From NCBI GenBank assembly GCA_963751345.1, contig CAVVUS010000011.1, positions 96,001 through 160,000 of the forward strand: a stretch of DNA of 64,000 nucleotides, in the 5' to 3' direction. Shown here piece after piece: positions 10,502 through 20,563 of the stretch. The notes under the pieces were generated by a model. It was not told where the DNA came from. It ran no database searches and saw only the letters and a program-made list of their open reading frames with translations. This DNA is from an uncultured Chloroflexia bacterium (GTDB taxonomy: Bacteria > Chloroflexota > Anaerolineae > B4-G1 > SLSP01). The translations under genes and the position numbers were made by a program. Every line of letters begins with the position of its first letter. Positions within the stretch are counted from its first letter, which is position 1.

Positions 10502-11671
10502 GTGACCATCCGTAACAGGAATCAACTGTGGCGCCCCCGTCATACCGGCAGCCCTCTCAGCAGGGCGCTGCTTGCCTTATCCATCCTGATCCCGCCGGCT
10601 CTCCTCGGCTGTGGCGCCTCGCCGACCGATCTTGAAGTCGTACAGTACACCCCGCTGCCCGGCGGTGACTGGCAGGTGTCGACACCTGAAGCGCAGGGGC
10701 TTGATCCAAAGCTGGTGGACAGGCTCTACCGCAAAGCTGCCGGCATGTCGTCCGTCTACGGGCTGCTCGTGTTCAAGAACGACACCCTGATCGCCGAGGC
10801 CTACTTCAACGGGGCGTCCGTCGACCAGACGCTCAACATCCATTCGGTCACGAAGAGCTACAACTCGGCGCTGGTCGGGATCGCACTTGAGCAGGGCTGC
10901 CTATCCGGCGTCGATCAGAAGATGATGGACTTCTTCCCGGAGTTCGCCGACCGGATCAGAGATCCGCGTAAGGCGGAGATCACGATTCGCGATTTGCTGC
11001 AGATGCGTGCCGGGTATCCGTGGGAGGAATCCGGGCCGGAGCTCCTTGAGCTCCTGTTCACGGGCTTCCACACTTCGAACGTGGTAGACGTGCCCTTGGC
11101 CTACGATCCGGGCACCAGTATGCAATACAGCAACCTGAGCTCCCATCTGCTGGGTATCATCGTCTCGCGGGCGTGCGGCACGGATCTCAAGTCATTTGCA
11201 GAGCAGTATCTTCTTGGGCCGCTTGGTACCGAGGTCGCGTTCTGGCAGACAGATTGGGACGGCAACTACCTGGGCTTCTCGGATCTTCACGTTGGAGCAC
11301 GTGATCTGGCCAAGTTTGGTCTTACATATCTCAACGACGGGCAATACCAGGGAGTGCAACTTGTCCCATCGGACTGGGTGCACGACTCCCTCCAAGTCTA
11401 CTCGGAGGACGCCTGGTCCTACAGAGTGGGCCGTCATTGGAAGGACGTCGGATATGGCTACCAGTGGTGGTCCGTGAGGGCCGGCAGCCATCGCTACAAC
11501 CTGGCCTGGGGCCACGGCGGCGAACAGATCGCTCTGTTGAAGGACCTCGATATGGTCGTCGTGGCTACCGTGGACCCGCTGCATCTCCAGCACGGGGACA
11601 AGCCGTGGCGGATCGAGAAGGCGAACTTGAACATGGTGGCGGACTTCATCGCCTCTCTGCCTAACGAGTAA
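10502..11671 (+). CDS. Serine hydrolase, beta-lactamase class C / NylB-like, probable lipoprotein
   Basis: SVTK (SxxK), YSN, LLQMRAG, YGYQWW, AWGHGG; LLGC lipobox. Confidence 0.88.
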   Translation: MTIRNRNQLWRPRHTGSPLSRALLALSILIPPALLGCGASPTDLEVVQYTPLPGGDWQVSTPEAQGLDPKLVDRLYRKAAGMSSVYGLLVFKNDTLIAEAYFNGASVDQTLNIHSVTKSYNSALVGIALEQGCLSGVDQKMMDFFPEFADRIRDPRKAEITIRDLLQMRAGYPWEESGPELLELLFTGFHTSNVVDVPLAYDPGTSMQYSNLSSHLLGIIVSRACGTDLKSFAEQYLLGPLGTEVAFWQTDWDGNYLGFSDLHVGARDLAKFGLTYLNDGQYQGVQLVPSDWVHDSLQVYSEDAWSYRVGRHWKDVGYGYQWWSVRAGSHRYNLAWGHGGEQIALLKDLDMVVVATVDPLHLQHGDKPWRIEKANLNMVADFIASLPNE

Positions 11672-11741
11672 GCAGGGGCGACGGCGATGCACTGTCTGGC
11701 AACGGAGCTCATGAGTTCACTGGAATGATGGGAGGAGATCT

Positions 11742-12731
11742 ATGAAGGCGATGGTGTTCACGAAGTATGGGTCACTCGATGGTCTCAAGTCGGCGGAAGT
11801 CCCCAAGCCGGTCTTGACCGACGACGGTGTGCTGGTCAAAGTCTACGCCTCATCCGTCAACTTCGCGAACGTCGCTCACGTGCAGGGCGAGCCGTTCGTC
11901 AGCCGGCTCTGGTCCGGCCTCCAGGAGCCGAAGAACCAGATTCCCGGCGGCGACGTCGCCGGGCGTGTGGAGGCCGTCGGCCCAGACGTGACCCGATTCC
12001 AACCCGGTGACGAGGTCTATGGGGACGTGGCTGACCGTGGGTTTGGCGCCTTCGCCGAATGGGTGTCTGCGCCTGAGAGCGCATTCGCCCTCAAACCCGC
12101 CAACGCGACCTTTGAGGAGGCTGCTGCGGCAGCGCAGTCGGGACTCGTCGCCCTGCAGGGTCTTCGCGACAAGGGAGGCATACGATCAGGACAGAAGGTC
12201 CTGATCGTTGGGGCGTCGGGCGGCAACGGTACATTCGCCGTGCAGATCGCGAAGGCGTTCGGCGCAGAGGTGACGGGTGTGTGCGGCACCAGGAACGTGG
12301 AGCTGGTGCGGTCCATCGGCGCCGACCACGTCATTGACTACACGCAGGAAGATTTCGCCCAAGGCGAGGAGCGCTATGACCTGATCTTCGCCACCGCGGG
12401 CAACAACTCGATCTTCGACTATAGGCGTGCGCTGAGCCCCAACGGTACCTACGTCTCCGCCGGAGGCGCGATGGCCCAGGTCTACCAGGGGATGTTCCTG
12501 GGACCGCTGATCTCGGCGGGTGGGAGCCGGCGAATGACCTATCTCTACATGAAACAGAACGCGCAAGACCTGGTTGATCTGAAGGAACTCATCGAGGCCG
12601 GCAAGGTGAGGTCCATTATCGACCGACGTTACCCGTTGAGCGAGGCTGCCGAAGCGCTTCGTTACTACGCGGAGGGACACGCCCGCGGGAAAGTCGTCAT
12701 CACGATGGATCGTGGTGACACCAATGGGTAG
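11742..12731 (+). CDS. NAD(P)-dependent alcohol dehydrogenase / quinone-reductase-like MDR (zinc-free)
   Basis: GroES-like N-terminus, GASGGNG, GADHVIDYT, GHARGKVV. Confidence 0.9.
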   Translation: MKAMVFTKYGSLDGLKSAEVPKPVLTDDGVLVKVYASSVNFANVAHVQGEPFVSRLWSGLQEPKNQIPGGDVAGRVEAVGPDVTRFQPGDEVYGDVADRGFGAFAEWVSAPESAFALKPANATFEEAAAAAQSGLVALQGLRDKGGIRSGQKVLIVGASGGNGTFAVQIAKAFGAEVTGVCGTRNVELVRSIGADHVIDYTQEDFAQGEERYDLIFATAGNNSIFDYRRALSPNGTYVSAGGAMAQVYQGMFLGPLISAGGSRRMTYLYMKQNAQDLVDLKELIEAGKVRSIIDRRYPLSEAAEALRYYAEGHARGKVVITMDRGDTNG

Positions 12732-12751
12732 TAAAGCTAGTCATTGGATTC

Positions 12752-12841
12752 TGTCATCCTAAGCGATCGCCCACGCAGGGGACGCGCGAAGGATCTCAGT
12801 CCCGCAAGGTATAGATTCTTAGCCTTAGGCGAAGAATGACA
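12752..12841. repeat. REP-like palindromic intergenic element (TGTCAT...ATGACA type)
   Basis: TGTCATCCT...GCGAAGGATCT...AGATTCTT...AGAATGACA: terminal inverted repeat plus internal stems. Confidence 0.6.
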
Positions 12842-12908
12842 CATGCAACGCTAAACGCAACAGAGCGCCGGGTATGTTTGACTTCATCCATATGAGGAGG
12901 TGGTGGAG

Positions 12909-13274
12909 ATGAGTGCGATACGGATACAGCTTTCGGCTCTATGGGTTTCCCTGATGCTGACCTACTTCCTGGGGGACATCATACGGGTGTTCAGCGGCGA
13001 TTACCTGAAGGGCGTGGCAGACCCAACGCAGATAGGGCAGGCCGCGTATCTCGGTATGGCAGCGCTCTTTGTGATCCCCATTGCCATGATCTTCCTGTCA
13101 TTGGTCCTGCCTCAGCCTATCGATCGGTGGGCCAACATCGTCGTGGCCGCGCTCTTTTTCCTGATCAACATCGTTGGGCTGCCAACGTATGCTTCTGCCT
13201 TCGATAAGTTCCTGATCGTCGTCGGGCTCGTCTTCAACGTCGTGACCGTGTGGTACGCCTGGAAATGGGCCTAG
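12909..13274 (+). CDS. DUF6326 family small membrane protein
   Basis: LSALWVSLMLTYFLGD, IPIAMIFLS, C-terminal WYAWKW; RBS GAGGAGG. Confidence 0.75.
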   Translation: MSAIRIQLSALWVSLMLTYFLGDIIRVFSGDYLKGVADPTQIGQAAYLGMAALFVIPIAMIFLSLVLPQPIDRWANIVVAALFFLINIVGLPTYASAFDKFLIVVGLVFNVVTVWYAWKWA

Positions 13275-13296
13275 GCCACGATACTCGTCAGCCAAA

Positions 13297-14061
13297 GTGA
13301 GGATGAACGTGAATCAGACACTGTCAATCGAGGAGGCGAGCCACAACTCGCCAGTCACGTCGCTTCTATTGCACCTCGTTCCGGGGGTGTTGGCGACCGC
13401 CGGCTTCTTGGTCCTGAGGCCGGTCGTCGAGTCGGCCGGCTTTCCGCCTCTGCTCGCCTTCCTGCTGGCGATCCTGTTGCTCGACCTGCCGTTCATGCTC
13501 GGGGTGATGCTCAACGAAGGGAAGAAGTCGAACGGACGGTTCGGCCTCAAGGGTGTTGTGCACTACGGTCACAAGCTGGCCTGGAAGACCTTCGCTTTGA
13601 TCTTCGTGGGCGCCTTCGTAGGGGTGTACCTGCTGGTGATGTTGGTGACCCCGATCAGCGCTTTCCTGGAGGAGCGATTCTTCACCGGCCTGCCAGCGTG
13701 GCTGTTCCTGGAGGAGCGGACACAGTACGAGGTGTACGCCAAGAACGTCCTCGTCGCCATCTTTGCCCTTCAGTTGGTTCTGACGGGTGTGGCCCTGCCG
13801 TGGGTGGAGGAGCTCTACTTCCGCGGCTATCTGCTGCCCCGGCTCTCACGATACGGCCCATGGGCGCCGCTCTTGGGTGGGGCGTTCTTTGGTCTCTATC
13901 ACGTCTGGCAGTTATACGGTTTCGTGACCGTCTTCTTGCTGGGTACCGCACTGGGATACGTCGTCTGGTGGAAGAACGACCTGCGGCTCAGCATCGGCCT
14001 GCACCTGTTGTCGAACGTCTTGACGCGGCTGATGCTCTTAATCGCCGCTTTTGCGATGTGA
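13297..14061 (+). CDS. CPBP family intramembrane glutamic endopeptidase (Abi/CAAX protease)
   Basis: EELYFRG, FGLYH, HLLSN motifs. Confidence 0.9.
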   Translation: MRMNVNQTLSIEEASHNSPVTSLLLHLVPGVLATAGFLVLRPVVESAGFPPLLAFLLAILLLDLPFMLGVMLNEGKKSNGRFGLKGVVHYGHKLAWKTFALIFVGAFVGVYLLVMLVTPISAFLEERFFTGLPAWLFLEERTQYEVYAKNVLVAIFALQLVLTGVALPWVEELYFRGYLLPRLSRYGPWAPLLGGAFFGLYHVWQLYGFVTVFLLGTALGYVVWWKNDLRLSIGLHLLSNVLTRLMLLIAAFAM

Positions 14062-14116
14062 GATTGACTACGAATGTCGTCATCAGAAATCCTAATCAAA
14101 CACGAGGAGAGAAGAG

Positions 14117-14830
14117 ATGAACTCACGTAATGGATCGATGCGGATCTTGGGGGTTGCCTTCTTGCTGCAGTTTGTCACCTCTATCGCCAGTGGTGTATTC
14201 GTGCAGCCGGCCCTGATCGTGCCTGAGGATATCGCGGCGACGATGACGCGTATCGCCAGCCATACGGGCCTGATGCGACTCAACATCCTATTGGATATGC
14301 TGACCGCCCTGGGCGTCGTCTTTCTCGGCGCGATGCTGTACCGGAGCCTAAGGCGAACCGGTGAGCGAGTGGCGCTCGTGGGTCTGGGCTTCTACATCCT
14401 GGAGGGCGCGCTGTTGGGCGCCAGTAAGCTGCAGTCCTTCTCGCTGCTGCGCATTAGCGAGCTCTACGCGGGCGGTGGAGAGCCGGAGTTATTGTCGACG
14501 ATGGCAATGCTGGCTCTTGAGTCGGCGGACTTCGTGGGCTTCCTGCTCCATATGGTGGCCTTCTGCTTGGGTGGCATCCTCTTCTATATTCTGCTCGTCA
14601 AGTCCGGCGTCGTGCCGCGCTGGCTGTCATTGTGGGGGGTGATCTCGGTCACGCCGCTTCTGATCGCGACGGTGCTGGATCTCTTCGAGGTCGCTGTCTC
14701 ACCGATACTCGCTCTACCCTACATTCCCTTCGAGCTTGTGATCGGGCTTTGGATCGTGGTGAAGGGTTTGAATGTCGCCGAGGTGGCGTCAGCCCCTTCG
14801 CCGTCGGCCCTAGCCGGCGCCACCGGCTGA
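14117..14830 (+). CDS. DUF4386 family membrane protein
   Basis: RILGVAFL, VVPRWLSLWG, FELVIGLWIVVKG. Confidence 0.8.
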   Translation: MNSRNGSMRILGVAFLLQFVTSIASGVFVQPALIVPEDIAATMTRIASHTGLMRLNILLDMLTALGVVFLGAMLYRSLRRTGERVALVGLGFYILEGALLGASKLQSFSLLRISELYAGGGEPELLSTMAMLALESADFVGFLLHMVAFCLGGILFYILLVKSGVVPRWLSLWGVISVTPLLIATVLDLFEVAVSPILALPYIPFELVIGLWIVVKGLNVAEVASAPSPSALAGATG

Positions 14831-14869
14831 GTGCAGACCTATTCGCTGCGAGCCAAGACAGGAGCAGCT

Positions 14870-15886
14870 ATGAAGAACCATCGGGTTGTCGTAACGGCAC
14901 ACGGCGGGCCGGATGTGCTGAAGGTCATCGAAGAGGATCTCCCCGAACCGGGAGAAGGCGAGGTGCGTTTGAGAGTGTTGGCCGCGGGGGTCTCGGCCTA
15001 CGACGCCATGCTCCGAAGCTCGGGGGCGCTGCCCGGCACACCGCGCGTGCCGTACACGCCCGGTGAGGACGTCGTCGGGGTGGTGGACGAGTTAGGTGAG
15101 GGCGTGTCGATCCTCGAACCGGGGCAGCGAGTGGCAGCCTTCACCTTCGGCGACAGCGGCGGGTACACGGAGTTCATCTGCCGGCCCGCCGACCAAATGG
15201 TGACTGTCCCCAGAGATGTGGATCCCGCCGAGGCCGTCTGCCTGGTGGTGAACTACCTTACCGCGCACCTGGCGATGCACCAGGCCGCCAAAGTGCGGGA
15301 CGGCGAGCGGGTCCTCATCCATGGTGCGGCGGGCGGCGTGGGCACCGCGCTCCTCGAGCTCGGGAAACTGGCCGGGCTGGAGATGTATGGCACGGCCTCC
15401 GGCTACAACCACGATTTGGTGTCCGGCCTCGGAGCCACGCCAATCGACTATCACGCCGAGGACTTCGTCAAACGTACCCGCGATCTCACCGGCGATGGTG
15501 TGGACGTGGCGTTCGACCCAATCGGCGGCGCCCGGCACATCTGGCGCTCGTATCGGGCCCTGGGCAAAGGTGGGCGGCTCGTATGGTTCGGTATGGCCGC
15601 CGCGAAGAGCAAGGGACTGTGGATCATCCCCTTCACTCTGGGGATGCAGGTGCTGCTCTCGGTGATCCCAGACGGCAAACAGGCGCCGCTCATGCCGGAC
15701 CTTGGCACGAAGACCGCCGCACAGAACGCCTGGTACCGTGAGACCCTGACAGAGCTCCTCGGTCTGCTAGCGGAGGGGCGGCTCAAGCCGGTGGTGGCGG
15801 CGCGCATCCCGCTGATGGAAGCTGGCCGCGCTCACGAGCTGCTCGATCGCGGCGGATACGCCGGCAAGATTGTACTCACCCACTAG
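14870..15886 (+). CDS. Medium-chain dehydrogenase/reductase (zinc-free, enoyl/quinone reductase-like)
   Basis: HGGPDVL, TPGEDVVG, HGAAGGVG, GKIVL; ATG at 14870 with GGAG RBS. Confidence 0.88.
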   Translation: MKNHRVVVTAHGGPDVLKVIEEDLPEPGEGEVRLRVLAAGVSAYDAMLRSSGALPGTPRVPYTPGEDVVGVVDELGEGVSILEPGQRVAAFTFGDSGGYTEFICRPADQMVTVPRDVDPAEAVCLVVNYLTAHLAMHQAAKVRDGERVLIHGAAGGVGTALLELGKLAGLEMYGTASGYNHDLVSGLGATPIDYHAEDFVKRTRDLTGDGVDVAFDPIGGARHIWRSYRALGKGGRLVWFGMAAAKSKGLWIIPFTLGMQVLLSVIPDGKQAPLMPDLGTKTAAQNAWYRETLTELLGLLAEGRLKPVVAARIPLMEAGRAHELLDRGGYAGKIVLTH

Positions 15887-15903
15887 CACAAGGAGAGATC
15901 AGT

Positions 15904-16083
15904 ATGGAGACTACAGATACAAAGGGCATCGTCAGCATCGTGCTGAGGGCGGTAGCCGTTGGGTTGTCCGTTGCCAGCATCGCGCTTGGCTTTGTCCCTG
16001 GCGTGGCGGACGTGGACACGCAGATCACACTGCTGAGCATCGGTCTCGCGGCGCTCGCCATCGAGTCCCTGCAGAAAGAGTGA
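15904..16083 (+). CDS. 59-aa two-helix membrane protein (not in the ORF track)
   Basis: AAGGAG RBS; METTDTKGIVSIVLRAVAVGLSVASIALGFVPGVADVDTQITLLSIGLAALAIESLQKE*. Confidence 0.7.
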   Translation: METTDTKGIVSIVLRAVAVGLSVASIALGFVPGVADVDTQITLLSIGLAALAIESLQKE

Positions 16084-16248
16084 TTATCGCGACACTCATA
16101 CATACTACGTAGCATCCCAGTCCACGCAGCTGACGGTGGTCAACAGCCGCGCACCTAATTCGATCGAGCAGATCCTCAATTAGCGCAATCATCCTCCTGG
16201 GTCTATAATCGGGACTCCCTTTCCTGATCACAGCCAAGGCGAGGTGTC

Positions 16249-19098
16249 ATGGCTTCCCGGCCAACGGTTGATGCGCAGGCATTGCCGTTTCTGCGCACGA
16301 AACTCTATGCCCCACCGCTGCGGTCCGAGCTGGTCTCGCGACCGCGCCTGATCAAGCGGCTCAACGCCGGTCTCTGGCGTGCCGGCGGTGCCGCGCGCAA
16401 GCTCACCCTCGTCTCTGCCCCTGCCGGCTTCGGAAAGACGACGCTGGTCAGCGCGTGGGCGCAGTCGCTGGGCAATGCGCTCCCAACCGTCGCCGGCCCG
16501 GACGAAGCTCCCGGCTCAGGGGATACTGCGGTCTCTTTCGCCTGGTTGTCCCTTGACGAGGGGGACAACGACGTGATGCGCTTTCTGGCCTATCTCATCG
16601 CCGCGCTACAGACGGCCGAGGCCGGACTGGGCGGCGTCGCACTGTCGAGACTGCAGTCCCAGCAGCCGCCTCCCGCTGAGGTGACCCTCAGCGCCGTGAT
16701 CAACGATGTCGCCGTTCTCTCCACGCGGATCATCCTTGTTCTCGACGATTATCATCTCATCGAGGCCCAAGCGATCCATCAGGCCGTCGCGTTCATCCTT
16801 CGGCACCAGCCCCCGCAGCTACACCTGGCCATCGTCACCCGCGAAGATCCCTTCTTGCCCGTCGGCCGGCTGCGCGCCCGCGGAGAAATGACCGAGCTCC
16901 GTGCAGCGGACCTGCGCTTCACTCCTACCGAAGCCACCGCTTTCCTAGATGAGGTTATGGGTCTGGCGCTGTCGAGCGAAGACGTAGCTGCGCTGGCACA
17001 GCGTACTGAGGGCTGGATCGCCGGTATCCAGTTGGCTGCGCTATCGATGCAGGGCCGCCGGGATGTCTCTAGTTTCGTGCGCTCTTTCACAGGAAGCCAC
17101 CGCTTCGTGCTTGACTACTTGGTCGAGGAGGTTCTCGACCGACAGCCCGCCCCTGTTCAGACCTTCCTCCTCCAAACCTCGATCCTTGCCCGGATGTCGG
17201 GCTCGCTGTGCGATGCGGTGCGACTGGGACGTGCTGATCTCCCGACAGGCACGGATGATGGTCAGACCACGCTCGAGGCACTGGAGCGCGCCAACCTGTT
17301 TATCATCCCCCTGGACCACGACCGCCGCTGGTACCGGTACCACCATCTCTTCGCCGATCTGCTGCGACGGCGCCTTCGTCAGACCTATCCGGATCAGATT
17401 CCGACCTTGCATCAGCGGGCGAGTGCATGGTTTGAGCATCACGATCTGCCGGCTGACGCGATCCGCCATGCTTACGCCGCGGAAGATCTTGAGCGGGTCG
17501 CCGATCTTGCGGAGCTGGCCTGGCCCGATTGGAGCGAGACCTACAAAGCTATCATATGGCTCGGTTGGGTTAAGGCGTTGCCCGACGCCGTTGTGCAGAA
17601 CAGGCCGGTGCTCGGTATGGCCTATGCCTGGGCCTATCTGAATTCCGGTCAGTTGGAGCAAGCCGAGAGCAAGATCCAAGACGCCGAGCGGTGGCTCGAA
17701 CCTCCGACCGGTAGGGCAGCGGACTCAGACATCGACTCGCCATTGCCAGTCGTCGTTGACGACCAGCAGTTCCAGGCGTTGCCCGTTCAGCTGGCGATCG
17801 CTCGGGCATACCTTGCTCAGGCCACCGGCAATGTGTCCGGCACCGTGACCTATGTGACGCGTGCGCTCGATCTGCTTCCCCAAGATGATGCCCACAATCG
17901 CGCGTCGGTGACGGCACTCCTGGCGCTTGCCTACTGGGCCAGCGGGGATGTGCGGGCTGCTCAGCGGGTCTTTCCCGAGGAGCTCTTCTACGACGATTAT
18001 GACCTGATCACGGGTACGTTCGTCCGCGTGGGTATGCGGCTCGCGCTCGGGTGTCTACGTGAGGCGTTCGTGCTCTGCGAGCACGCCCTGCAGCTGGCGG
18101 ACAAACTCGGTGAGCCCGTCGGGACTGAGGATGTCTACATCGCGCGGGCCCGGCTTCACCGTGAGCGCGGCGAACTGGAACGCGCGGCCCAGGACTTGGC
18201 CAAGGCAAAGGACCTCGGCGACCAGGTCGAGCTACCGGATTGGTACCACCGCTGGTATGTCGCTCAGGCTGGACTCAGTGAGTCCAGGGGATATCTTGAC
18301 GGCGCGCTGGGCTACCTCGATCAGGCTGCACGCAGCTTTGTCCGAACCCCCGTGCCGGACGTTCGACCTATCCCCGCACGCAGGGCACAGGTTCTGATCA
18401 AGCTGGGGCGATTGGGCGAGGCTGAGGTTTGGGCGCGGGAACGTGGTCTGTCCGTCGATGACGCCCTTAGCTTCCTCCACGAGTACGAGCATATCACCTT
18501 GGCCCGGCTGCACCTTGCGCGATACCGCCGCGATGGCGGGGGCGAGCTCCTTTACAGCGCGACCAGTCTCTTGGATCGCCTGCTGATAGCCGCCGAGGAT
18601 AGCGACAGGATGGGGAGCGCGATTGAGATCCTCATACTGAGAGCGATTGCCTTCGAGGCCGAGGGTCGCGTGTCTGACGCGTTGGTGCCGTTGGAGCGTG
18701 CCCTGGTTCTCGCCGAGCCCGAGGGCTACGTCTCTTGTTTTGTGGACGAGGGAGCGCCAATGGCGCGGTTGCTCTACGAGGCGCTGTCCCGAGGCATTTC
18801 GCCGGCCTATGTGGGACGGTTGTTGTCGGCAGTCTCGTCCGCCGAACCTGGTCCGCCGGTGACCGGCCAGCCGCTGCTCGCGCAAGAGGGCTTGCTGGAG
18901 CCCTTGAGTGAACGCGAGATCGAGGTACTTCAGCTCATTGGGCAGGGCTTCACCAATCCGGAGATCGCGAAAAGGCTCTACCTCTCGCTGAACACTGTCA
19001 AGGTGCATACCCGCAACATCTACGGCAAGCTCGACGTCCACAACCGGACCCAGGCGGTCGCGCGGGGCAGGGCTTTGGGCCTGCTCTCTGACGTGTAG
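16249..19098 (+). CDS. MalT-like STAND ATPase / TPR / LuxR-HTH transcriptional activator
   Basis: LRTKLYAPP, Walker A APAGFGKTT, Walker B LVLDDYH, TEGW, YRYHHLF, C-terminal LSEREIEVL...NTVKVHTRNIYGKLDV. Confidence 0.93.
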   Translation: MASRPTVDAQALPFLRTKLYAPPLRSELVSRPRLIKRLNAGLWRAGGAARKLTLVSAPAGFGKTTLVSAWAQSLGNALPTVAGPDEAPGSGDTAVSFAWLSLDEGDNDVMRFLAYLIAALQTAEAGLGGVALSRLQSQQPPPAEVTLSAVINDVAVLSTRIILVLDDYHLIEAQAIHQAVAFILRHQPPQLHLAIVTREDPFLPVGRLRARGEMTELRAADLRFTPTEATAFLDEVMGLALSSEDVAALAQRTEGWIAGIQLAALSMQGRRDVSSFVRSFTGSHRFVLDYLVEEVLDRQPAPVQTFLLQTSILARMSGSLCDAVRLGRADLPTGTDDGQTTLEALERANLFIIPLDHDRRWYRYHHLFADLLRRRLRQTYPDQIPTLHQRASAWFEHHDLPADAIRHAYAAEDLERVADLAELAWPDWSETYKAIIWLGWVKALPDAVVQNRPVLGMAYAWAYLNSGQLEQAESKIQDAERWLEPPTGRAADSDIDSPLPVVVDDQQFQALPVQLAIARAYLAQATGNVSGTVTYVTRALDLLPQDDAHNRASVTALLALAYWASGDVRAAQRVFPEELFYDDYDLITGTFVRVGMRLALGCLREAFVLCEHALQLADKLGEPVGTEDVYIARARLHRERGELERAAQDLAKAKDLGDQVELPDWYHRWYVAQAGLSESRGYLDGALGYLDQAARSFVRTPVPDVRPIPARRAQVLIKLGRLGEAEVWARERGLSVDDALSFLHEYEHITLARLHLARYRRDGGGELLYSATSLLDRLLIAAEDSDRMGSAIEILILRAIAFEAEGRVSDALVPLERALVLAEPEGYVSCFVDEGAPMARLLYEALSRGISPAYVGRLLSAVSSAEPGPPVTGQPLLAQEGLLEPLSEREIEVLQLIGQGFTNPEIAKRLYLSLNTVKVHTRNIYGKLDVHNRTQAVARGRALGLLSDV

Positions 19099-19160
19099 CC
19101 GGATTACCACTCCGGTCGATTCCCCTCTCGGCTCTTAAGTGGGACCAGGTACCGGGCCTG

Positions 19161-19219
19161 ATTACCCCTGCCATTACCACGTTCGTGGGATGACGCTAGT
19201 ACCGCTCTCCTCATACAAT
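19161..19219 (+). promoter_or_regulatory. Conserved promoter/operator, copy B
   Basis: ATTACCCC-tgcc-ATTACCACGTTCGTGGG-ATGACG-N18-TACAAT; extra boxes at 19103 (ATTACCAC) and 19119 (ATTCCCCT). Confidence 0.75.
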
Positions 19220-19279
19220 GAAAACGTCGGCTAGATTCGTCAGCACTGTAGCAACAGACAACTCAGAGGAGAGTCACGA

Positions 19280-19981
19280 ATGAACAACCACAGAACCATT
19301 GCCACCCTCGTCGGTATCTGCTTTATCTTGTCGAACGCCACCTTTATGATCGGCGCCGTTGCCTTTGTCGAGCCCGTACTGGGTGCGCCGGACCTTCTCA
19401 GCGCGGTCTCAGCGAACTCGGCGAAGCTCGTGACGGGCACCCTGATGGAGTTGGTGAACGGGATTTTCTACCTCAGCATCGCGGCGCTGATGTTCCCCAT
19501 CTTGCGGAAACGCGCCGACGCTCTGGCGATCGGGTACGTGGCCTTCAGGGTGATTGAGTTCATTATGCAAGTTCTCGCCGAGCTTAGTCCAATGGCCTTG
19601 CTGACCGTGGCCGAAGGTGCGGCCCAGGCCGGGCCCACCGGATCTTTCCAGGCCATTGCATCCCTGCTGCTGGCGAACCGCCTCTGGGCCTTCCGGATGA
19701 TCTCCGTCTTCTTGGCGGCGGGAGCTTTCATTTTCTACCCGACGCTCTACAAGACGCGGCTTGTCCCGCGCTTCATCTCGATCTGGGGGCTGATTGGGGC
19801 GGCAGGTGTCCTGGTTACCGCTATCCTTGAGATGTTCGGTGTCACCCCGCCCAGCTTCGGCATCCTGATGCTGCTCAATGAGCTCTTCTTGGGCGGTTGG
19901 CTGATCGTCAAGGGTTTCGCCGAGCCGGTTGGGAAATCGGGCACGCAGCTTGGCGCAGCGGCCTTCATGCCCGTGAAGTAG
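19280..19981 (+). CDS. DUF4386 family membrane protein
   Basis: ATLVGICFI, LVPRFISIWG, ELFLGGWLIVKGF. Confidence 0.8.
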   Translation: MNNHRTIATLVGICFILSNATFMIGAVAFVEPVLGAPDLLSAVSANSAKLVTGTLMELVNGIFYLSIAALMFPILRKRADALAIGYVAFRVIEFIMQVLAELSPMALLTVAEGAAQAGPTGSFQAIASLLLANRLWAFRMISVFLAAGAFIFYPTLYKTRLVPRFISIWGLIGAAGVLVTAILEMFGVTPPSFGILMLLNELFLGGWLIVKGFAEPVGKSGTQLGAAAFMPVK

Positions 19982-20026
19982 CGGTGGCAAGGTGAGCGCA
20001 GCCAGCGTAGTCACGAGAGTCGAGAG

Positions 20027-20461
20027 GTGATGGATACGAAGGGAAGTGGGTCTCTACCGCTACAGGACACAAGTGTGAGCCTGAAGCTCAAGCTTTCGGC
20101 CCTATGGGCAGCTCTGATGTTCCTGTACATCTACGTGGACCATTTCGCGCTGTTTATTCCCGGCGTTCTCGAGGACGCCATCGCGGGAGAAGTGGGGGGC
20201 TTCCGGGTGACCCAGGGCTGGCTCGTGGCAGCGATGGCCCTGATGACCATTCCGAGCCTGATGATTCCGCTTTCAGTGTTGCTGACAGCCAAGGCGAGCC
20301 GTTGGCTCAACATCATCGCCGGGGTGGTCTACGCTCTGGTAGTGGTCGGCAACACGGTCGGTGAGTCTTGGCTCTACTACATCGGCGCCTCCGTCGTTGA
20401 GCTCGTGCTTCTGGCGTTGATCGTATGGCACGCCTGGCGCTGGCCCAAACTGGAAGCGTGA
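20027..20461 (+). CDS. DUF6326 family small membrane protein
   Basis: KLKLSALWAALMFLYIYVD, IPSLMIPLS, IVWHAWRWP. Confidence 0.8.
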   Translation: MMDTKGSGSLPLQDTSVSLKLKLSALWAALMFLYIYVDHFALFIPGVLEDAIAGEVGGFRVTQGWLVAAMALMTIPSLMIPLSVLLTAKASRWLNIIAGVVYALVVVGNTVGESWLYYIGASVVELVLLALIVWHAWRWPKLEA

Positions 20462-20563
20462 TCGGAAGGGTTCGCTTGTTCTCGACAGACACGGTGGAGC
20501 ACCACTTCCTCCGCTGTCAGGCGCGTGGACCGCGCGTCCCCCCGAGCGATCACCTGGTTCTCA

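Noticed and set aside
16249-19098. STAND ATPase as an Avs/NLR-like anti-phage protein, or as true malT
   Set aside because: The C-terminal LuxR HTH and absence of an effector domain indicate a transcription activator; no maltose genes are nearby, so the malT symbol was not assigned
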